Under the pieces are notes generated by a model. That model was not told the origin of the DNA, did no database searches, and was given only the letters and a program-made list of their open reading frames with translations. The translations under genes and the position numbers were made by a program. A DNA stretch of 64,000 nt from Candidatus Eiseniibacteriota bacterium (lineage in GTDB: Bacteria; Eisenbacteria; RBG-16-71-46): NCBI GenBank assembly GCA_963725865.1, contig CAVSAC010000010.1, positions 512,001 to 576,000 of the forward strand. The letters are read 5' to 3'. This document shows, piece by piece, positions 58,464 to 64,000 of this stretch (the stretch's first letter is position 1; each line of letters starts with the position of its first letter).

Positions 58464-61439
58464 ATGAACGCTCGCGAAAGCTCCTCGCCTGCGACCGAGC
58501 CTGGGCCGCTCCCCGGCTTCCAGAACTTGATGCCGTGGCGCGTGCAGGACATCCTGCTCGTGTCCAGCCTCTACGACTCGTTCACGCTCCAGGAGGACGG
58601 GCGGCTGAACGAGCTCGTGATGTCGGAGTTCCTCGACCTCAACCTGCATCACACTCCCGGCATCACCCATGTCGCAAGCGGCGCCGAGGCGCTCGCGCTC
58701 GCACGCACCCAGCAGCGGTTCAATCTCATCATCACCACCCCGCACCTGGGGGACATGGACGCGGCCGCGCTGGCCCACGAGGTGAAGGCCGCCGGCCTCG
58801 ACACCCCGGTGGTGGTGCTGGCGTACGACAGCCGCGAGCTGAAGGACTTCGTGTCGCGTCACGCCGACTCCGAGGTCGATCGCGCGTTCCAGTGGCAGGG
58901 CGACGCCCGCATCCTGATCTCGATCGTGAAGTACATCGAGGACCAGCGGAACGTCGCCCATGACACGCTCGCGACCGGCGTGCGCGTGATCCTCCTGGTC
59001 GAGGACAGCATCCGCTACTACTCGTCGTTCCTGCCCGTGCTCTACAGCGAGCTGATCGACCAGTCGGAGCGCCTGATCGGCGAGGGCGTGAACCTCTCGC
59101 ACAAGTTGGTGCGGCTGCGGGCGCGCCCGAAGATCCTCCTGTGCTCCACGTTCGAGGAAGCGTGGGAGCGCTTCAACGACTACGCCGCGCACGTGCTCGG
59201 CGTGATCGCCGACATCGAGTTCCCGCGCGCCGGCACGCTGGCGCGCGATGCCGGCTTCCAGCTCGCGCGCATGATCCGCGAGCACTCCCCCGACATGCCG
59301 CTCATGCTGCAGTCGAGCCGCCCCGAGAACGAGGCCCCGGCGCGGGCGGTCGGCGCGTCGTTCCTGCTCAAAGGCAGCCCCACGCTGAACGCCGACCTGC
59401 GGCGCTTCATGGTCGACCAGTTCGCGTTCGGGGATTTCGTGTTCCGCCTGCGCGACGGCACCGAGACGGGACGCGCGGCGGACCTGCGCTCGCTCGAGGA
59501 CCAGCTGCGCACCGTGCCCGCCGAGAGCGTCGGCTACCACGCGGAGCGCAACCACTTCTCGAATTGGCTGACCGCGCGCACCGAGTTCGGGCTCGCGCGC
59601 GCGCTGCGCCCGCGCAAGGTCGAGGACTTCCGTTCGCTCGAAGACCTGCGCCACGTGCTGATCGAAGCCATCAACGACTACCGCCACGAGCAGAACGAGC
59701 TGCTGGTGGGCGATTTCGACCGCCAGGCGTTCGACCCCGACGCGCGGTTCTTCGCGCGCATCGGCAGCGGCTCGCTCGGCGGCAAGGCGCGCGGGCTCGC
59801 GTTCGTCCGCCACCTGCTGGGACTGCACCGGGTGAGCCGGCGGTTCCCGGGCGTGCGGGTCGGCGTGCCGCCTGCCGTCGTGCTCGCGACCGACGTGTTC
59901 GACCGCTTTCTCGCCGAGAACGACCTGCTGGCCGACGCGCTCGACACCACGGACGACGCGATGGTGCTCGCGCGGTTCCTGGCGGCGCGGCTGCCCGACG
60001 ACCTGATGATGGACCTCGCGGTGTTCCTCGAGGCGGTGCGCGTGCCGCTCGCGGTGCGCTCGTCGAGCCTGCTCGAGGACTCCCAGTACCAGCCGTTCAC
60101 CGGCGTGTACGAGACGTTCATGCTGCCCAACAACCAGCCCGACCTGCGTGACCGGATGCTCCAGCTGGTCACGGCGATCAAGCGCGTGTACGCGTCCACC
60201 TTCTCCCAGCACGCCAAGGCGTACCTGCGGGCCACGCCGTTCCGGCTCGAGGAGGAGAAGATGGCGATCGTGATCCAGAAGGTGCTGGGTGCTCCGCACG
60301 GCCCGCGCTTCTATCCCGACTTCTCGGGCGTGGCGCGCTCGCACAACTTCTACCCCACGCCGCCGCTGGCGGCCGCGGACGGCATCGCGGCGGTCGCGCT
60401 CGGGCTGGGGCGCACGGTGGTCGAGGGCGAGAAGTGCCTGACCTTCTGCCCCCGCCATCCGCAGCACCTGATCCAATTCTCGTCGGTGCAGGACATGCTG
60501 CGCAATTCCCAGCGGAGCTTCTGGGCGCTCGAGCTCGAATCCGCGGCGGATCTCAACGACCCCGAGCGCGCACTGCGGGAGTCGCGGTTCGACGTGTCGC
60601 TCGCGGAGCGGGACGGCACGCTGGACGTGCTGGCGTCGACCTACTCTCCCGACAACGACGCCGTCTACGACGGCACCGGCCGGCCCGGCGCGCGACTGGT
60701 GTCGTTCGCGCCGATCCTCAAGCACCAGGTCTTCCCGCTGGCGCCGATCCTCGACCTGCTGCTCGGCATCGGCGCGCGCGGCATGAGCAAGCCGGCCGAG
60801 ATCGAATTCGCCGTCCGGCTGGCGCACTCCGCGGGCGAGGAACACGAGCTGGGCTTTCTGCAGATGCGCCCGCTCGTGATGTCCCAGGAGACGCTGGACC
60901 TGGAGATCGGCGTACTGCCGGACGCCGCGCTGCTGTGTCGCAGCGTCAAGGTGCTGGGGCACGGGCTCGTGGACGGGCTGCAGGACGTGGTGGTGGTGGA
61001 CTTCCTGCGCTTCGACCGCTCGCGGAGCCGCGAGGCGGCGGCCGCGGTGTCGCGCTTCAACGCCCAGCTGGTGGACGAGGGCCGCCCCTACCTGCTGATC
61101 GGCGTGGGGCGCTGGGGCTCCACCGATCCATGGCTCGGGATCCCGGTGGCGTGGGACGAGATCTCGGGCGCGCGCGTGATCGTGGAGGCCGGCTTCCGGG
61201 ACTTCCGCGTCACGCCGTCGCAGGGCAGCCACTTCTTCCAGAACCTGACCTCGTTCCAGGTCGGCTACTTCACGGTCAACCCCGAGCTGGGCGACGGCAC
61301 GGTCGACTGGGCGTGGCTCGCGAAGCAGCCGGCCGTGGCCGAGACCGAGCACGTCCGCCACCTGCGGCTCGCCGCTCCCGCGGTGGTGAAGATGAACGGC
61401 CGGCGCAACGAGGGCGTGATCTTCAAGCCGGGGGCCTGA
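58464..61439 (+). CDS. Receiver-domain PPDK/PPS-like ATP-grasp protein lacking the PEP/pyruvate barrel
   Basis: Two REC-like domains; GGKARGL, AVRSSSLLED, MAIVIQ, GLGRTVVEG, EIEF, LQMRP; C-terminal PSQGSHFF. Confidence 0.8.
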   Translation: MNARESSSPATEPGPLPGFQNLMPWRVQDILLVSSLYDSFTLQEDGRLNELVMSEFLDLNLHHTPGITHVASGAEALALARTQQRFNLIITTPHLGDMDAAALAHEVKAAGLDTPVVVLAYDSRELKDFVSRHADSEVDRAFQWQGDARILISIVKYIEDQRNVAHDTLATGVRVILLVEDSIRYYSSFLPVLYSELIDQSERLIGEGVNLSHKLVRLRARPKILLCSTFEEAWERFNDYAAHVLGVIADIEFPRAGTLARDAGFQLARMIREHSPDMPLMLQSSRPENEAPARAVGASFLLKGSPTLNADLRRFMVDQFAFGDFVFRLRDGTETGRAADLRSLEDQLRTVPAESVGYHAERNHFSNWLTARTEFGLARALRPRKVEDFRSLEDLRHVLIEAINDYRHEQNELLVGDFDRQAFDPDARFFARIGSGSLGGKARGLAFVRHLLGLHRVSRRFPGVRVGVPPAVVLATDVFDRFLAENDLLADALDTTDDAMVLARFLAARLPDDLMMDLAVFLEAVRVPLAVRSSSLLEDSQYQPFTGVYETFMLPNNQPDLRDRMLQLVTAIKRVYASTFSQHAKAYLRATPFRLEEEKMAIVIQKVLGAPHGPRFYPDFSGVARSHNFYPTPPLAAADGIAAVALGLGRTVVEGEKCLTFCPRHPQHLIQFSSVQDMLRNSQRSFWALELESAADLNDPERALRESRFDVSLAERDGTLDVLASTYSPDNDAVYDGTGRPGARLVSFAPILKHQVFPLAPILDLLLGIGARGMSKPAEIEFAVRLAHSAGEEHELGFLQMRPLVMSQETLDLEIGVLPDAALLCRSVKVLGHGLVDGLQDVVVVDFLRFDRSRSREAAAAVSRFNAQLVDEGRPYLLIGVGRWGSTDPWLGIPVAWDEISGARVIVEAGFRDFRVTPSQGSHFFQNLTSFQVGYFTVNPELGDGTVDWAWLAKQPAVAETEHVRHLRLAAPAVVKMNGRRNEGVIFKPGA

Positions 61440-61447
61440 CATCGCAA

Positions 61448-61475
61448 CGGGGCGGAGCCGCCCGGCCCCGCCCCG
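61448..61475. terminator. GC hairpin between convergent genes
   Basis: CGGGGCGG...CCGCCCCG stem; no clear U-tract. Confidence 0.4.
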
Positions 61476-61495
61476 CTTGCCAAGGATGCGCCCAG

Positions 61496-63883
61496 CTACC
61501 GCAGGACGGCGACCCGCGCGACCACCGGCTTATCCATCCCGATCCTGACCAGGTAGAGACCGGGCGCGAGGTCGTGCGCACGTGCGAGCCCGATCACCTG
61601 GCGCACGCCGGTGCCCGCGATCGTGCGCGACGCCACGATCCGGCCGGAGACATCCAGCAACTCCACGCGCGTCGCGTGCCCCATCGGAGTGGCGAACGAA
61701 ACGGTCACATCCCCGCCGATGACCGGATTCGGCACCCGTGGCGCCAGATCGATCTCTGAGGGCAGATCGATCCAACTCTCGCCCGCGAACTGCACCGCTC
61801 CCGCGCCCTCGAGGATCGCGAGCCGGTAGCCATAGCGCGAGCCCGGGACGACGTCGCCGTCCTCGAATCGCACGAATCCGGAACCATCCAGCCTCTCGAT
61901 GCCGAGATCCTTCCACCAGCCGCTCTCGAGGCGCCGCTGCACCGTGCACGTGGTCGGAGCGTCGGCGGCGACGTGCCACACCAGGAAGACGCGACCGTCA
62001 CGCACCTCGTGAGTGACCAACGAGGCGAGCGCCGCCGTCGAGCCATTCGGCGTGGCGAGCGCGTACGGGCTCACGTTGCCGTGCACGTCCACCGCCGCCA
62101 GCTTGTAGTACCACTGCGACGAGCCGCTGGGATCCACGTAGCCGGTGTCGGCCTGCGCCGCGAGCAGGTTGTCGGCAGCCGGCGCGAACTCGGGCTCGGC
62201 GCCACGATGGAGGTGGAAGCGCGCGAAGTCGCCGGCCGCGTTGGGCGCCCAGTGGAGGGCGGCCCCCTGCGCGGTGTAGACGACGACGAACGGCTCCGGA
62301 GTCGGAGGCGCGAGGTTGTCGACCGAATAGCCGCTGTCCACCGCGGACGAGTAGAACGTGAACGGGTCGCTCGTCAACGCCTGCACGAAGAACGCGGTGT
62401 ACGGGTAACTGCCCGCGATCGAGTCCTGCGTGGTGGCCGCGGTGTAGCCGTATCCCTCGAGGAATGCCGCGGGGACCTCGGCCACCGGCTCCCAGTACTC
62501 GATGGTCGCGCCCGCGAAACGGGCGACCACCGTGTGGGCGCCGGGCACGAACGTGAGGAAGTCGGTCGCGATCCGCGCCGACGTGCCAGGCGGGAGGATG
62601 CGGCGCCACACTCGGTAGTTCAGGATGCCCCGCGTGCTGGGCCGGTCCAAGCCGCTCGCTTGCCAGGTGACGAAGACACGCCCGCCCTGGTCGTGAGGGA
62701 CGTCCCGGACGTCGGTGAGGACGGGCTCGAGCACGAGGCCGCAGAGTCCTCGCCAGACGAAGAGCGCGGGCACTGCGATCTGCGTGCCGCTGTGCACCAC
62801 GAACAGGTCGGCGAGGTGGTCCCCATCCGAGTCACCGGCTTCGATGCCATTGGGGCCGGCCCACGATTCCAGGCGGTAGCCACCGCCGAACGTCCCGTCT
62901 CCGGCGTTGAGCAGCAGCACCACGTTTTGCAGGTCGGTGTCGGTCGCGGCGATGTCGAGCGCGCCGTCGGCATTCATGTCGAGCAACGCCGCGTCGTTCA
63001 TCTGCCCGCCGCCACTCTCATACGACACCGGTGCGCCGAACCCGCCGGCGGACGAGGTGCCGAGCAGCACGCGGAGGCCGGCGGCGCCCGGTGCGACCAG
63101 GTCCATGAATCCATCGCCGTTCAGGTCGCCGGCCGTGATCTCCGCGCAGCCCGCAGTCAATGCAATGGGCGACAACGCGTTGAAGGACGAACCCGCCGAG
63201 TCGGCGCCAACGAAGACGTCGAGCCGGGACACGGTCCAGTTTGCGGCCACGATCACCGGCCGCGACGTGCTGGGATGGCGAAACGCCGTGACGCTCCAAC
63301 AACCGGGCGTCGAGAGGTAGGCCGTGCGCGCGAACGTCCCGTCGCCCAGGTTCTTCAGCACGACCGCGGCGGTGCGACCCGCCACCACGAGGTCGATCCA
63401 CGAGTCGCCGTCGAGGTCCGTGGCCACCACGCCCCGGTTCTCCCAACCGGCCTTGTAGGCGACCGGCGCCGAGAACTGCCCGGACGGGATGCCGCCGATA
63501 AGCCGACCCTTGAGGATGTTCACCGATGAGTCCGAGACGTCGGTGACTGCGAGGTCGAGCGCACCGTCATGATCGAAGTCGGCGGCCACCACGCCGCGGG
63601 GCAGTGTGCCCGCGGCGTACTTCTGTTGCGGCTGAAACGAGCCGTCGCCGTTGCCCATTAGGACCGCCACCTTGTTCTCATCCAGCAGGGTGATGGCGAG
63701 ATCGAGGCGTCCGTCGGCGTCGAAATCGCCCTTCGCGACCGAGACGGGGAACAGACCCAGCTGCATCGCAGTAGGATCGGCGAACAACTGCGGTGGCGGG
63801 CAATTCGCGGCGTGGGCCACGTCGGAACCTGCCCCGAGGAGCGCGACCGCGAGGAACAGAACGACGAAAAGAATGCGCCTCAT
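61496..63883 (-). CDS. FG-GAP/VCBS repeat exported protein with T9SS-A-like C-terminal domain
   Basis: ATG 63883 with GGAGG SD; signal peptide; about six DxDGDG-type repeats; tail PNP...LLDVSGR...PGLYLVR...RVAVLR. Confidence 0.85.
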   Translation of the reverse strand: MRRILFVVLFLAVALLGAGSDVAHAANCPPPQLFADPTAMQLGLFPVSVAKGDFDADGRLDLAITLLDENKVAVLMGNGDGSFQPQQKYAAGTLPRGVVAADFDHDGALDLAVTDVSDSSVNILKGRLIGGIPSGQFSAPVAYKAGWENRGVVATDLDGDSWIDLVVAGRTAAVVLKNLGDGTFARTAYLSTPGCWSVTAFRHPSTSRPVIVAANWTVSRLDVFVGADSAGSSFNALSPIALTAGCAEITAGDLNGDGFMDLVAPGAAGLRVLLGTSSAGGFGAPVSYESGGGQMNDAALLDMNADGALDIAATDTDLQNVVLLLNAGDGTFGGGYRLESWAGPNGIEAGDSDGDHLADLFVVHSGTQIAVPALFVWRGLCGLVLEPVLTDVRDVPHDQGGRVFVTWQASGLDRPSTRGILNYRVWRRILPPGTSARIATDFLTFVPGAHTVVARFAGATIEYWEPVAEVPAAFLEGYGYTAATTQDSIAGSYPYTAFFVQALTSDPFTFYSSAVDSGYSVDNLAPPTPEPFVVVYTAQGAALHWAPNAAGDFARFHLHRGAEPEFAPAADNLLAAQADTGYVDPSGSSQWYYKLAAVDVHGNVSPYALATPNGSTAALASLVTHEVRDGRVFLVWHVAADAPTTCTVQRRLESGWWKDLGIERLDGSGFVRFEDGDVVPGSRYGYRLAILEGAGAVQFAGESWIDLPSEIDLAPRVPNPVIGGDVTVSFATPMGHATRVELLDVSGRIVASRTIAGTGVRQVIGLARAHDLAPGLYLVRIGMDKPVVARVAVLR

Positions 63884-64000
63884 AACCACCTCCGAGCTCC
63901 CCGGTCCACTCAAACAGATAGGGACTCTGGTTCGAGTTGTACGGATGCGACGCGCCCGTCCGCGGAGGGTCGCCCGGACGAGGAGCCGAAATGAGTGCGA

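Noticed and set aside
58389..61442. Long antisense ORFs (also 5931-8918, 32158-35187, 47918-50986, 56918-58552)
   Set aside because: Stop-poor reverse frames of real genes caused by codon bias

Overview
Very GC-rich bacterial chromosomal window. Wza/Wzc, lipoproteins and T9SS-type C-terminal tails point to a diderm, and the gene style suggests an FCB-related candidate lineage such as Ca. Eisenbacteria (inference). Left part: SH3-NlpC/P60 peptidase, GWxTD protein, M6 and M23 peptidases, ileS preceded by a full Ile T-box riboswitch, an intact IS481 element inserted at the shared stop codons of ileS and a deoxynucleoside kinase. Middle: a ~27 kb minus-strand, translationally coupled exopolysaccharide/exosortase operon (PglF-like fusion, wza, wzc, wzx, glycosyltransferases, wzy/ligase, deacetylase, CapA, methyltransferase, GT4-PGT fusion, exosortase, EpsI, TPR lipoprotein, PrsK/PrsR). 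Right part: epimerase, tRNA-Glu, tRNA-Gln, gltX, a large C25 peptidase, an ABC solute-binding protein, a UvrD-nuclease, suhB, a second GWxTD protein, a rhodanese-methyltransferase, DUF4198, gdhA, a receiver/PPDK-like dikinase lacking the pyruvate domain, and an FG-GAP protein. Best candidates for novelty: the T-box in this lineage, the gdhA-linked receiver-dikinase, T9SS-like cargo beside an exosortase system with no visible PEP-CTERM targets, and two phosphoglycosyl-transferase fusions, one catalytically degenerate. All family calls come from motif recognition by eye; no searches were run.
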